From positions 1 through 37,644 of the IMG/VR virus record IMGVR_UViG_3300037420_000101: a stretch of DNA of 37,644 nt; one strand, given 5' to 3'. Below the pieces are notes generated by a model. The model was not told where the DNA came from, did not search any database, and worked only from the letters and a program-made list of their open reading frames with translations. The translations under genes were made by a program, and so were the position numbers. Source of the stretch: a virus. Its lineage: Duplodnaviria > Caudoviricetes. Positions 1 to 9,487 of the stretch are shown one piece after another. The first letter of the stretch is position 1. Every line of letters begins with the position of its first letter.

Positions 1-1
1 C

Positions 2-523
2 TTCGGTCACACCCGCATTGAACAAGTGTTCAGAGATGCCGGGATTGTGGAGGAGACCGAGAAGGAGATGAAGCTCCAAGACCCGCCGATTCGTGGATAC
101 ATTGACCTTATTGTCAATTTCGACGGGGAGCGGATGGTTGGAGAAATCAAGACAACCAGAACTGAAGCTTACCAGCACCGTTATTTGACGGGTAAGCCAA
201 AGGAGAATAACCTCCTACAACTTCTCATCTACATGAAGGCTGAGAATTGCAGGTGGGGATTCTTGTTCTACGAGGACAAGAACACTCAAGAATTCATGAT
301 TATCCCAGTGGAGATGACTCCAGAGAACGAAGCATTCTTGGAAGAGTGCCTTGACTGGCTGAGAAAGGTCCGTGCTGCATGGGAGGATGGCGAAGTGCCG
401 AACCGACCTTTCCGTAAGAACAACAAGATTTGCGCGGCTTGCCCCGTGCAATTGACATGCTGGAGTGCCGATGCTCCAGAGGCCACCATCCAAATTGAGG
501 CCATGAAGGTGCCGAAGATTTAG
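2..523 (+). CDS. Cas4/RecB-family (PD-(D/E)xK) exonuclease, 5'-truncated by window edge
   Basis: RGYIDL...GEIKT nuclease motifs, QLLIYM motif, C-terminal CxxCxxxxxC cluster typical of phage Cas4-like nucleases; frame open to window start. Confidence 0.85.
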   Translation, partial: FGHTRIEQVFRDAGIVEETEKEMKLQDPPIRGYIDLIVNFDGERMVGEIKTTRTEAYQHRYLTGKPKENNLLQLLIYMKAENCRWGFLFYEDKNTQEFMIIPVEMTPENEAFLEECLDWLRKVRAAWEDGEVPNRPFRKNNKICAACPVQLTCWSADAPEATIQIEAMKVPKI

Positions 524-846
524 TGAATACAAGGATTTGCGCAAATCCGGGTTGCGGTGAAGAATTCACCCCACGGACTCATAATCAAAGGTATCATTCA
601 GACGAATGCTGCCGTAGAGCTACTAATGCTCGATTGATGGAGCAGTATTACGACAAGAAGGCGCGACGGCAAGGCGCGATTCGAACGTGTGAAAGAGAAG
701 GTTGCAACACTAAGCTGTCTAGGTATAACGACGGCAAGGTGTGTGAGGCGTGCGAGGCGGGGGATAAGAAGTCCGACAGAGCACGACTACTTGAAATGAT
801 TGGTTACGATGGCGGGACTAGCAAATCTCTCAAAAAAGCGGGCTAA
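523..846 (+). CDS. hypothetical Cys-rich (Zn-binding) protein
   Basis: ORF overlapping upstream stop; several CxxC/CxxxxC motifs. Confidence 0.7.
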   Translation: MNTRICANPGCGEEFTPRTHNQRYHSDECCRRATNARLMEQYYDKKARRQGAIRTCEREGCNTKLSRYNDGKVCEACEAGDKKSDRARLLEMIGYDGGTSKSLKKAG

Positions 847-1393
847 CCGTGTAATGGGCATTGATGCCTCCACTTACTCGCTTGCATTCTGTGTATTCTA
901 CAATCGACGCCCAGAGCGTTGGGGTAAAATCAATTTTGAGGGTGCAGATGTCTTCGAAAGAATCCGGGATGCGGGAAAGAAGCTCCACGCTCTATCTAAC
1001 ACATTTGATAATGTCGGATACATCGCAATGGAAGGCGCAATCCTTGCGAATAACAGGAATGTAGATGTCACAATTAAGCTGAGTCTGATGTACGGAGCAA
1101 TTCTGAGCGAACTACTTAGACACGATGCAGAAGTTGTCCACATCAAGCCCACAGAGTGGCAGAATTTTATCGGGAACAAATCCTTCACGAAAGCTCAGAA
1201 AGAAGCTCTCAAGGTTGACTACCCAGGGTACTCAGCGTCGTGGTACACTAACAAGGTTAGAGAGATTCGGAAGCAGAGAACGATGGACTATTTCAACAAG
1301 AAGTGGCCTGACCTCAAGCTGACGGACAACGACGTAGGTGACAGCTTCGGCCTGTCCTACTTCGGATACCACAAAAAGACTACGAGGACTTAA
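809..1393 (+). CDS. ruvC: RuvC-like Holliday junction resolvase
   Basis: VMGIDAS (first Asp), IAMEG (Glu), PTEW, and DNDVGDS C-terminal acidic pair. Confidence 0.85.
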   Translation: MAGLANLSKKRANRVMGIDASTYSLAFCVFYNRRPERWGKINFEGADVFERIRDAGKKLHALSNTFDNVGYIAMEGAILANNRNVDVTIKLSLMYGAILSELLRHDAEVVHIKPTEWQNFIGNKSFTKAQKEALKVDYPGYSASWYTNKVREIRKQRTMDYFNKKWPDLKLTDNDVGDSFGLSYFGYHKKTTRT

Positions 1394-1834
1394 TTGAGCT
1401 ACATTATTCTAGTTACAGGGTCTCGGGACTGGGGCGATTACGCAACCATCCTTGAGGCCCTGGCCGCATTTGAGGGTCAGCCTGACGTAGTAGTTCGCCA
1501 TGGAGCCTGTTCGTATCTGGACGAGAAGACCGGCGAGGAATTGTCAGCGGACATGCTTGCCGACAGAGCCGCGAAATACTTGGGGTTCGAGACGGACCCA
1601 ATGGCAGCGGATTGGAAGAAGTACCGCAATGCGGCAGGACCAATCCGCAATATGGAAATGATTAAGAAGCAGCCGAAGCCTAACAGATGTCTTGCATTCG
1701 GACGGCTCTGTAAGGGGAAGAACGGCAAGCCTTGCCAATTGGTCCAAGGGAAGCATGTCAGTCATGGCACAAGGCATTGCTCAACTGCCGCTGAAAAAGC
1801 CGGGATTGAAGTTGTGAGGTATAAAATTGCCTGA
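1394..1834 (+). CDS. SLOG/DprA-like (YspA/DUF2493-type) nucleotide-binding protein
   Basis: ILVTGSRDW, VRHGA, ADW...AAGPIRN..M, SHGT motifs. Confidence 0.8.
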   Translation: MSYIILVTGSRDWGDYATILEALAAFEGQPDVVVRHGACSYLDEKTGEELSADMLADRAAKYLGFETDPMAADWKKYRNAAGPIRNMEMIKKQPKPNRCLAFGRLCKGKNGKPCQLVQGKHVSHGTRHCSTAAEKAGIEVVRYKIA

Positions 1835-1970
1835 CCTATACAAGAGCCGTACTTGGCTCAAGCTCCGTTACTGTAAAGACAAGATGACTCCAGAGCAGAT
1901 TGCCAGGCTTTGTGGAGTCAATGAGCGTACAATTCGGCGCTACATTGAAGAGTTTGGATTGAAGCGATAA
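1827..1970 (+). CDS. small helix-turn-helix DNA-binding protein (not in ORF track)
   Basis: TTG start; LYKSRTWLKLRY...MTPEQIARLCGVNERTIRRYIEEFGL; stop overlaps next ATG. Confidence 0.7.
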   Translation: MPDLYKSRTWLKLRYCKDKMTPEQIARLCGVNERTIRRYIEEFGLKR

Positions 1971-2731
1971 TGCAATACGAGTCACGCAACGAAGTTGAAG
2001 CTATTGGTAGGGCATGGCCGAGGGCAGTTTATGACCAGCGCGGCTTGAGAGCCAGATATCTCTCTAATTTCTGGCTGTATATCGAGCCGGAAGACCAGGC
2101 ATTCACACCACATGCACGAGACGGATTCTGGGAGTCGTGGGTCACCAAATGGATGTCTGACCAGTTTGACAAACATGACACCTTCATTGACGTTGGTGCC
2201 AATGTCGGCTACTATACGATGATGGCAGCAAAAGCCGGATTGTACACGGTGGCCTTTGAGCCAAATCCAAAGCTTGTTGACATGCTCAGGCTGAGTGCTG
2301 CCATCAACAGAGTCAGCGTTTTGATTACGACGACCGCTTTGTCAGATGAAGCCGGGGATTCAAGGCTGTTCATCCCAGAAGGACATTCTGGTGGAGCCAG
2401 TCTTGGTAATGAAGGTATCACTGTCAAGACTGAGACTCTAGATAGCTGGAATTTCTGCCCATGGACTCGCCCTCTAATCAAGATTGATGCCGAGGGCGCG
2501 GAGCCAAAGATTTGGGACGGAATGCAGCTATTCCTCAAGAATCACCCCGGCTGGTGTATCACTCTAGAATGGGATGCCTCACGATATGACTCTGAGGCTT
2601 TTGCTGACAAGTTGTACGACGGCAACACAGTCGGTCTAATCGATTACGACGGTTGTGAAGCCATGATTACTCGGGAACAGCTATTGAGCATTCCTGACCT
2701 TCGAATGATTGTAGTTAGGAAGATTAAATGA
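1970..2731 (+). CDS. FkbM-family SAM-dependent methyltransferase
   Basis: FIDVGANVGYYT, AFEPNP, IKIDAEGAE motifs. Confidence 0.9.
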   Translation: MQYESRNEVEAIGRAWPRAVYDQRGLRARYLSNFWLYIEPEDQAFTPHARDGFWESWVTKWMSDQFDKHDTFIDVGANVGYYTMMAAKAGLYTVAFEPNPKLVDMLRLSAAINRVSVLITTTALSDEAGDSRLFIPEGHSGGASLGNEGITVKTETLDSWNFCPWTRPLIKIDAEGAEPKIWDGMQLFLKNHPGWCITLEWDASRYDSEAFADKLYDGNTVGLIDYDGCEAMITREQLLSIPDLRMIVVRKIK

Positions 2732-3276
2732 TTGTAGGACTTAGCGGTTATGCAAGGTCTGGGAAAGACACTGTAGCCGACATTCTTGTAGAAGAAGCCG
2801 GGTTTGTCAGAGTGGCTTTTGCAGATAAGCTACGGGAGGCAGTTTACGAACTTAACCCAATCATTGGGGATGACACAGAAAGTTACGTTTATCTGCAAGA
2901 TGTTATTGATGCTTGGGGCTGGGATGGTGTCAAGGCTACGGGATTTGGACCAGAAGTTCGCCGGTTGCTCCAAAGAATGGGCACAGAGGTAGGAAGAAAC
3001 ATCCTCGGTGAAAACATCTGGGTGAACGCGGCGTTCTTCGGCCTTCAACCTGGCAAGAATTACGTATTCACCGACTGTCGATTTCAGAACGAAGCTTTGG
3101 CAATCAGAAAGTATCAAGGTGAGATTTGGCGGGTGACTCGGCCAGGGGTAGAACCTGCTAACGACCATATCTCTGAAATCGGATTGGACAACTGGCCGTT
3201 CAACGTCATCATCCTCAACGATGACAGCATCGACAGCCTGAGGGAAAAGGTTTTAAGCCATGCACGTCGGGTATGA
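2728..3276 (+). CDS. deoxynucleoside monophosphate kinase
   Basis: GLSGYARSGKDT P-loop, FAD.LR, RRLLQRMGTE, TDCRFQNE, HISE motifs. Confidence 0.9.
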   Translation: MIVGLSGYARSGKDTVADILVEEAGFVRVAFADKLREAVYELNPIIGDDTESYVYLQDVIDAWGWDGVKATGFGPEVRRLLQRMGTEVGRNILGENIWVNAAFFGLQPGKNYVFTDCRFQNEALAIRKYQGEIWRVTRPGVEPANDHISEIGLDNWPFNVIILNDDSIDSLREKVLSHARRV

Positions 3277-3826
3277 TTACGACGGAGTAATCTCCTCATT
3301 TCACGCAGGAGTGGACAAGTACTTACGCTTGAATGGCTACGAAGGCTTGAAGGCAAGTACGACTCAATGGGACTTCTGGAAGGATTGGGGTTGGTCAAAC
3401 AGTAAGTTCCACAAGTTCTGGGTGGATGGAGTGCGTGACGGAATCATTTTCGCCACCGCTCCGTTCCCCGGAGCAGTTGACGCTATCAACTCTGTGTATG
3501 ACGCAGGTCACAAGGTGCACATCATTACTCACCGTGGCTGGAAGAAATATCCGGGGTTGGCCGAAGATTTGACAGCGGCTTGCCTTGAGCGAGATGGTAT
3601 CAGGTATCACTCACTAACTTTTACCGCAGATAAAACAGATGTTTACACTGACATGATGGTCGATGACAAACCAGAGAATTACTACGACCTTCTCAAGGCT
3701 GGGACTGATGCATACCTCCTCACCAGAGATTGGAACAAGCACGTTGAAGGCGCAAAGCGCGTCCGAAGTGTCGGAGAGTTCAGCAGAAAAGTTCTGGAGA
3801 AAGTTGACTCTGCCCAACTTGCATGA
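3260..3826 (+). CDS. HAD-superfamily 5'(3')-deoxyribonucleotidase
   Basis: DYDGV motif I, ITHR motif II, K and VDDKPEN motif IV. Confidence 0.85.
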   Translation: MHVGYDYDGVISSFHAGVDKYLRLNGYEGLKASTTQWDFWKDWGWSNSKFHKFWVDGVRDGIIFATAPFPGAVDAINSVYDAGHKVHIITHRGWKKYPGLAEDLTAACLERDGIRYHSLTFTADKTDVYTDMMVDDKPENYYDLLKAGTDAYLLTRDWNKHVEGAKRVRSVGEFSRKVLEKVDSAQLA

Positions 3827-3867
3827 TAGTCTGGGCGAGAACTGATGGAACTACGAAGGAGGATAGT

Positions 3868-4707
3868 ATGAAGAAGTTTATCAAGTCCATGATTGCGCTA
3901 GTGGCAGTTGCGGCGGTAGGATTTGCCTGGGGTCTTTCTTCGACACCTGAGGTTAAACTGCCTGCTCAAGTTGCTTACGAGACATCGCCGGGTCCGTATG
4001 GAAGTGGCGAGCTTGGAGACTGGCAATCATGGAGTCATGGCACGCAATGTTTCAAGGCCAGCGGCGGGATTGTAGTAACAATCCGTGACTATGACCTCAA
4101 TGGTTGTAGTGAGCAGGTATTGATTATGGGAGATTCGATTACCGCTGGTGGTCGATATGCCCTTGCTGACCGATTTGCCGAGAAGGGCAAGTCCGTCTAC
4201 ATCAATTACTGGTCAGGTCGTCCTACGGCACCGGCTGTTGACTGGCTAGTAGCGCAGGATTCCCTTCCCGATGTTGTTATTATGGCAACCGGAACGAATG
4301 ATATTTTCAATCCAACCGTCATGGCTGCGCAAATCAAGAGGGCTCAGGCGTTCGTAAATTCACTGAATGCAACAAGGACTGACGGTGTGACCACCCAGTT
4401 GTTCTGGGTTGACGTTCAGGCTACTCGTTGGCCTGCGACCGAATACACAGAGCGTAATGACCAGCGAAACAGCATGGCTGTGAACCTGGCTATTTACCAG
4501 AACATGCCGGTCAACCACGTTATCCAGTGGACTCAGCGATTCATGAGTAACCCAGGCCTTTTGACCACTTACCTGGCAGACGGCGTTCACCCGAAGACGA
4601 GCCCACTATATGTTCGACCAGATGGAGTAACTGAGAATTACAGCACCTCGTATAACTACTGGGCTGCATCCATCGTAAACTGGACAGATACTCTAGGCGG
4701 AATCTGA
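3868..4707 (+). CDS. secreted SGNH/GDSL-family hydrolase (esterase)
   Basis: N-terminal signal/TM segment; GDSI, GTND and DGVHP blocks; AGGAGG RBS. Confidence 0.85.
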   Translation: MKKFIKSMIALVAVAAVGFAWGLSSTPEVKLPAQVAYETSPGPYGSGELGDWQSWSHGTQCFKASGGIVVTIRDYDLNGCSEQVLIMGDSITAGGRYALADRFAEKGKSVYINYWSGRPTAPAVDWLVAQDSLPDVVIMATGTNDIFNPTVMAAQIKRAQAFVNSLNATRTDGVTTQLFWVDVQATRWPATEYTERNDQRNSMAVNLAIYQNMPVNHVIQWTQRFMSNPGLLTTYLADGVHPKTSPLYVRPDGVTENYSTSYNYWAASIVNWTDTLGGI

Positions 4708-4720
4708 ACAAACTAGCACT

Positions 4721-4748
4721 GGCCGGGAGTCTTTGACTCCCGGCTTTT
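4721..4748 (+). terminator. intrinsic terminator
   Basis: GGCCGGGAGTC-TTT-GACTCCCGGCT hairpin followed by T run. Confidence 0.8.
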
Positions 4749-4798
4749 GCACGTCCAATTCTAGTTGACTGGGATTGAATCGATGATACAATAGGAAT

Positions 4799-4972
4799 AT
4801 GCCAACATACGAATATAAACCATGTATTGCAGACCCGGAATATCCAATCGAACGCAACGTTCCGATTGCAGAACGCGACGAGCAGTTTTGCGACAGATGC
4901 GGACGAAAGATTGAGCGTAAGATTTCATTCACAGGTTTGACTTGGGCACCAACAGCAGGCGGAATGAGATAA
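4799..4972 (+). CDS. FmdB-like zinc-ribbon protein (not in ORF track)
   Basis: MPTYEYKPC...CDRCG pattern. Confidence 0.65.
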   Translation: MPTYEYKPCIADPEYPIERNVPIAERDEQFCDRCGRKIERKISFTGLTWAPTAGGMR

Positions 4973-4973
4973 T

Positions 4974-5297
4974 ATGGCACCACCGTATAAGAACCGGGGT
5001 GTAAAGAATGACCGGTGGTGGGATGATGCATATGCAACTCATCCTGACATCGACGTAGAATATATTTACGTCCACGGTAAAGATGTAATCGAGCCGGGTG
5101 ACAAAATCAAAATTAAAAGGAAACAGGGAACCTATGCGTTCCGCTGCCTTGCCCACAATATCACTCTTGACGTTCGATGGATAGACTGTAAGGATACGCT
5201 CACTGGGGAATGGAAGTCATTCCGAACTGATGAGTTAAAGGGCAAGGTCAAGCCGCGTAGGCGGCGAAGGAAGAAGAATGAAGCGATTCAGGCTTAA
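4974..5297 (+). CDS. hypothetical protein with basic C-terminus
   Basis: ORF in tight operon. Confidence 0.65.
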   Translation: MAPPYKNRGVKNDRWWDDAYATHPDIDVEYIYVHGKDVIEPGDKIKIKRKQGTYAFRCLAHNITLDVRWIDCKDTLTGEWKSFRTDELKGKVKPRRRRRKKNEAIQA

Positions 5298-5484
5298 GAG
5301 AGTTGTTGACGATTCGGGAATTTCAGGCACCGGATATGTCACCGAAGGAATCATCTGGTCAGATGGTACCGTAGCCATGCGTTGGCTGACACATGTCAGC
5401 AGCCATTGTTACTACAATTCTATCGCAGACGTTGAGACCATTCATGGTCACGGCGGGCACACAGTGGTGGAATACATTGACTGA
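5278..5484 (+). CDS. hypothetical protein
   Basis: ORF overlapping neighbours; DxSGxSGTG...IHGHGG pattern reminiscent of actinophage small proteins. Confidence 0.7.
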   Translation: MKRFRLKRVVDDSGISGTGYVTEGIIWSDGTVAMRWLTHVSSHCYYNSIADVETIHGHGGHTVVEYID

Positions 5485-6031
5485 GCTATCCATTCCGGAC
5501 AGAGAAGCGTTGAGGCTCCAGGTCCAAGAGAAGTACCTAAAGGGAAATAAGCAGCCCGGTACTATCGCCAAGGAACTGGGGCTTAAGCGCGTTGAAGTAA
5601 TGGACCTTATTCAAGAGTCCAAAGAGATTTGGCGCAATGATGACGCGGTAAAGGAACGAGCCAAGGAGGCTCTTCAAGAAGCCGACGCTCATCTTGATAT
5701 GGTCATTAACCGCTCATGGGAAACCGTCGAGCAAGCCGACAACAACAACGACCTTAAGACGAAGGCAACAGTTCTGAAGAACATTGCCGACGTAGAAATG
5801 AAGAAGGTTGAAATGCTCCAAAAGGCCGGGTTGTACGATGACGCTGCCCTTGGAGATGAACTAGCAGAGATGGAAGAGAAGAATGAAATCATCAAGGCAA
5901 TTCTTCTAGAGGTCACTGCTAACTGTGAACACTGTGCATTTGAAGTTAGACGTAGACTCAGCCGGTATGGGAAGAACCCCGAGCCGATGCCTGATTCTAT
6001 GGTCATTAAGGAGGATGGCTCACCCGCATAG
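5477..6031 (+). CDS. HTH/coiled-coil protein, candidate terminase small subunit
   Basis: N-terminal HTH (TIAKELGL), helical body, directly upstream of the large terminase. Confidence 0.6.
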   Translation: MTELSIPDREALRLQVQEKYLKGNKQPGTIAKELGLKRVEVMDLIQESKEIWRNDDAVKERAKEALQEADAHLDMVINRSWETVEQADNNNDLKTKATVLKNIADVEMKKVEMLQKAGLYDDAALGDELAEMEEKNEIIKAILLEVTANCEHCAFEVRRRLSRYGKNPEPMPDSMVIKEDGSPA

Positions 6032-6048
6032 CGGGTGGGCTTATTGTC

Positions 6049-7854
6049 ATGTACGATTTCGGTGACATCCTCAACCTACTTGACGGTGAAGATTTTGAGG
6101 AAAGGCCGGTTGAGATTGAGGAGTTCGTAACAAGCGAAGACTACCTCAACCTTCCCGACACGCCGCTCTCGAAATACCAATACCAGCTAATCAGGGTAAG
6201 CTCTCAGATTTACAAGCGCGAGACACTACATAACCTATATGGTTACGAGGCGGGAGAGAGGCGCTGGGCAGAGACCAAGCGAGAGGTTATCTTTCAGCTT
6301 GGAAAGGGTAGCGGAAAGGACTTTACGTCCACCATCGCCTGTGCCTACATCGTGTACTTGTTGCTCTGTCTCAAAGACCCGGCGAAATACTACAACAAGC
6401 CACCTGGCGACACAATCGACATTCTGAACATTGCTATCAACGCAACACAGGCTCAGAACGTCTTCTTCAAGGGATTCACGAATCGAATTGAGCGCTCTCC
6501 ATGGTTCATGGGTAAGTACACCAAGAAGCAGGGGCACTTCGAGTTCGACAAAAACGTCAACGTTTACTCAGGACACTCCGAGCGAGAGGCCTGGGAGGGA
6601 TATAACGTCCTTTACGTCGTACTGGACGAGATTGCCGGTTTTGCATTGGAGTCAACCTCCGGTAACGAGCAGGCCAAGACTGCACAGGCTGTCTATGACA
6701 TGTACCGTGCATCTGTCACATCTCGATTCCCTGACTTCGGGAAGCTCGTGCTCTTGTCGTTCCCACGATTCAAGGGTGACTTCATTCAGCAGGCTTACGA
6801 CAAGGTAATCGGTGAGAAAGAAACCATTATCCGCACTCACAAGTTCAAGCTCAACCCTGATTTGCCGGATGGCGTTGAGGGGAACGAATTTGAGATTGAG
6901 TGGGAAGAAGACCACATTATGAATTACAAGACTCCTGGGGTCTTTGCCCTCAAGCGACCTTCATGGGAAGTTAACCCAACGAAGAAGATTGAGGATTACA
7001 TGGTTGACTTCTTCGACAACCCGCTGGATGCCGGTGGACGTTATGCTTGCATGCCACCTGACGCTATTGACGCATTCTTCAAGGACCGTCAGAAGATTGA
7101 ATACGCATTCAACGGTTCAAACGGAAATAGCTTGGATGGCGTCTTCGCGGACGACTTCCTACCCAAGGCTGACAAGCAGTACTTCATCCACGTTGACTTG
7201 GCCCGTGTTCACGACCACGCAGCAGTTGCTATGGCACATGTCGAGAAGTGGGAAACTCGCAAGATTGGTGCTAATATGACCGAACCAGCGCCGGTTATCG
7301 TGGTAGATGCCGTCCGCTACTGGACTCCATCTAAGACAAAGAACGTAGATTTCACGGAGATTCGTGAGTACATCTTGTCACTCAAGAGGCGCGGGTTTGA
7401 TTTGAAGCTAACTACCTTTGACCGCTGGGAATCAGCAGATACAATCGACTACCTAAAGTCCATGGGATTGCGCAGTGAGCGCTTGTCTGTCGCAAAGAAG
7501 CACTACGAAGACTTCGCAATGGTTGTTGCAGAGCAACGTCTAACTGGACCAAAGCTAGATTTGCTCATTGACGAACTCTTGCAGCTTCGTATTATGAAGA
7601 ACGATAAGGTTGACCACCCTCGCAAGGGAAGTAAGGACTTGGCAGACGCAGTGTGTGGGGCTATCTACAATGCTATCGCACACACTCCGCGAAACGCAAA
7701 TGAACTCATCGAAGTCAAGACCCTGGCCGATATCCAGCAAGAGATTGAGCGAAACCGGATTGAGGAGAAGCAGAACGATGGCGTCATCAGGGCACCGAAG
7801 CGCCAGATGCCAGCAGAGCTAGAAGAATATTTGAAGGGACTTCAGGTGTTGTGA
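6049..7854 (+). CDS. terL: terminase large subunit
   Basis: Walker A GKGSGKD, Walker B VVLDE, coupling motif LLSFPR, nuclease HVDLA...KDLADA. Confidence 0.92.
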   Translation: MYDFGDILNLLDGEDFEERPVEIEEFVTSEDYLNLPDTPLSKYQYQLIRVSSQIYKRETLHNLYGYEAGERRWAETKREVIFQLGKGSGKDFTSTIACAYIVYLLLCLKDPAKYYNKPPGDTIDILNIAINATQAQNVFFKGFTNRIERSPWFMGKYTKKQGHFEFDKNVNVYSGHSEREAWEGYNVLYVVLDEIAGFALESTSGNEQAKTAQAVYDMYRASVTSRFPDFGKLVLLSFPRFKGDFIQQAYDKVIGEKETIIRTHKFKLNPDLPDGVEGNEFEIEWEEDHIMNYKTPGVFALKRPSWEVNPTKKIEDYMVDFFDNPLDAGGRYACMPPDAIDAFFKDRQKIEYAFNGSNGNSLDGVFADDFLPKADKQYFIHVDLARVHDHAAVAMAHVEKWETRKIGANMTEPAPVIVVDAVRYWTPSKTKNVDFTEIREYILSLKRRGFDLKLTTFDRWESADTIDYLKSMGLRSERLSVAKKHYEDFAMVVAEQRLTGPKLDLLIDELLQLRIMKNDKVDHPRKGSKDLADAVCGAIYNAIAHTPRNANELIEVKTLADIQQEIERNRIEEKQNDGVIRAPKRQMPAELEEYLKGLQVL

Positions 7855-7855
7855 C

Positions 7856-7885
7856 TTGACATCAAGCAAGGCGATGCTCTAAGCT
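7856..7885 (+). promoter_or_regulatory. sigma70/HrdB-type promoter
   Basis: TTGACA-N18-TAAGCT. Confidence 0.65.
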
Positions 7886-7912
7886 ATCAATTACACTTGA
7901 GAATATAACAAA

Positions 7913-8167
7913 ATGAATGATGTAAATGAGATTGTAGATATTGGGTATTTGGTATGTAACTGTTCCAATAAGCATGTACCTAAACCACACAAGCTATTCA
8001 AGGTAGAGATTGGTGACTCTATGTATCATCTCTGTCCAACGAGTTACTACAACTTGACAAGCTTGCTGGAGAAGTGGGAGTCTTGTAACGGCGAACCTCC
8101 GGGTTCAGTCAGGAAACACTATTCAGACTTTGTGCAGGGGCTTGCCAAGGCGAAGAAGTTCAGTTAG
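7913..8167 (+). CDS. hypothetical protein
   Basis: ORF downstream of promoter. Confidence 0.6.
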   Translation: MNDVNEIVDIGYLVCNCSNKHVPKPHKLFKVEIGDSMYHLCPTSYYNLTSLLEKWESCNGEPPGSVRKHYSDFVQGLAKAKKFS

Positions 8168-8177
8168 GATAGAGCTT

Positions 8178-8510
8178 ATGAGCGAAACTAGAACGGTGAA
8201 TGTACGCTTCCCGCTCCTGATTCCAACGCTGGTAATCATCTTCGTGATTGCTAAGCTGACAGGCCACTTTGATTATTCATGGTGGTGGGTATTTTCTCCG
8301 ATTTGGATTCCGGCCCTAGCGCTTCTAGGTCTCTACCTAGTATGGCTTGCGGTCTTCGGACTCCTCGCGGTAGCATATGTCATTGTCGCGCTTTGCACTG
8401 AAGGTCCGAAGTTCTTCAGCAAGGAAAACCGGGTTCGAAGGAAGAACACTAAGAATGCACGTAAGGCATTGAATAACTACGCGGATGCCTTGCTAAAGAG
8501 AAGAAGTTGA
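8178..8510 (+). CDS. membrane protein
   Basis: Hydrophobic segments; KLTG..D.SWWWVFSPIWIP motif. Confidence 0.7.
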   Translation: MSETRTVNVRFPLLIPTLVIIFVIAKLTGHFDYSWWWVFSPIWIPALALLGLYLVWLAVFGLLAVAYVIVALCTEGPKFFSKENRVRRKNTKNARKALNNYADALLKRRS

Positions 8511-8536
8511 CAGACTCTAATCGAGTGTGTTAAAGT
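8507..8536 (+). promoter_or_regulatory. sigma70/HrdB-type promoter
   Basis: TTGACA-N18-TAAAGT upstream of tRNA-Pro. Confidence 0.7.
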
Positions 8537-8602
8537 AGTAAATGTAGCAATTCCCACGATAATGGTGGGGTAGAGGAAAAACTCACCTCGGTTGTTACAT
8601 CA

Positions 8603-8677
8603 CGGGTTGTAGCTCAGCTTGGTCAGAGCGCTCGGTTTGGGACCGAGAAGTCGCAGGTTCAAATCCTGTCTACCCGA
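8603..8677 (+). tRNA. tRNA-Pro(TGG)
   Basis: Cloverleaf; anticodon arm CTCGG-TTTGGGA-CCGAG; GGTTCAAATCC T arm. Confidence 0.93.
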
Positions 8678-8784
8678 CGCAGCGGTTGTAGGTATTTCTG
8701 CGGAGCAAGAACCGGTAGAACCTTCCGAATCACTTTATAATTCTTAGGAGAAAGAAGAACCAAATGTCTTAGGAGTCACGCAGA

Positions 8785-9327
8785 ATGAGTAACACTGTAA
8801 AGATGCAACGTGATGAAATCCTCGCTGTGCTGGTAAAGCGCGACGGGGACTTTTGTATGTACCCTGGCTGTGGAAACAAGCTCGACTTTAACGCAACTGG
8901 CAAGAAAGAGGTCACTATTGACCACTGGATGCCACAGAGTTGGTGTTACGAGAATGGATGGACCACAGAGGAAGTCTGGGATACTTCAAATTTGAAGTTG
9001 ATGGAGAAGGAATGCAACGCCAAGAAGGGTTCACTTCTACCTCGCCCAGATGGTACACTGCCACCACGAGAGGTTACTCAGCGTGAAAGGCGAGCAGACA
9101 AGGGCAATCGTCCTGAAGTCTGTCACACCTGTAACTCTGGTAGACTGCTAGGCCCTGACGAAATTTGCGGGGTCTGCTTCTCCGGTCCTCAGCCTGAAGC
9201 CTTCCCCGGCTGGGCTAAGATGAAGTCCACTGAATGCGACCATGATTTGTTCTGGTGCTGGGCTTGTTCAATCGGACTCACCGAAAGACGTCCTGCTTCG
9301 GCGGATGTGTTCGGAGTTCTAGACTAG
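8785..9327 (+). CDS. HNH endonuclease
   Basis: RDG..C...GC, TIDH..P, SNL...K.CNAKKG motif, C-terminal Cys clusters. Confidence 0.85.
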   Translation: MSNTVKMQRDEILAVLVKRDGDFCMYPGCGNKLDFNATGKKEVTIDHWMPQSWCYENGWTTEEVWDTSNLKLMEKECNAKKGSLLPRPDGTLPPREVTQRERRADKGNRPEVCHTCNSGRLLGPDEICGVCFSGPQPEAFPGWAKMKSTECDHDLFWCWACSIGLTERRPASADVFGVLD

Positions 9328-9371
9328 AACACTGTCAAGCCTGTCTCTCGTGCCGAACGGCAGAGAGGAGG

Positions 9372-9401
9372 TTGACAGTCATGTAGAACTAGTAGTAAGC
9401 T
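9372..9401 (+). promoter_or_regulatory. sigma70/HrdB-type promoter
   Basis: TTGACA-N18-TAAGCT. Confidence 0.7.
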
Positions 9402-9487
9402 GAAAATCGCGGGTGCTAATCAGACCATTCTGGGTCTCAAAGGTTACAGGCTGGTAATCAACGTATACGAGTCAGCCCACCCACTCA

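Noticed and set aside
2-523. Cas4 as evidence of a CRISPR-Cas locus
   Set aside because: No repeat-spacer array or other cas genes in the window; solo Cas4-like nucleases are common in phages
8678-8714. tRNA-associated HDV-like (theta) ribozyme
   Set aside because: No P3/L3 with the CC needed for P1.1; topology is a simple H-type knot
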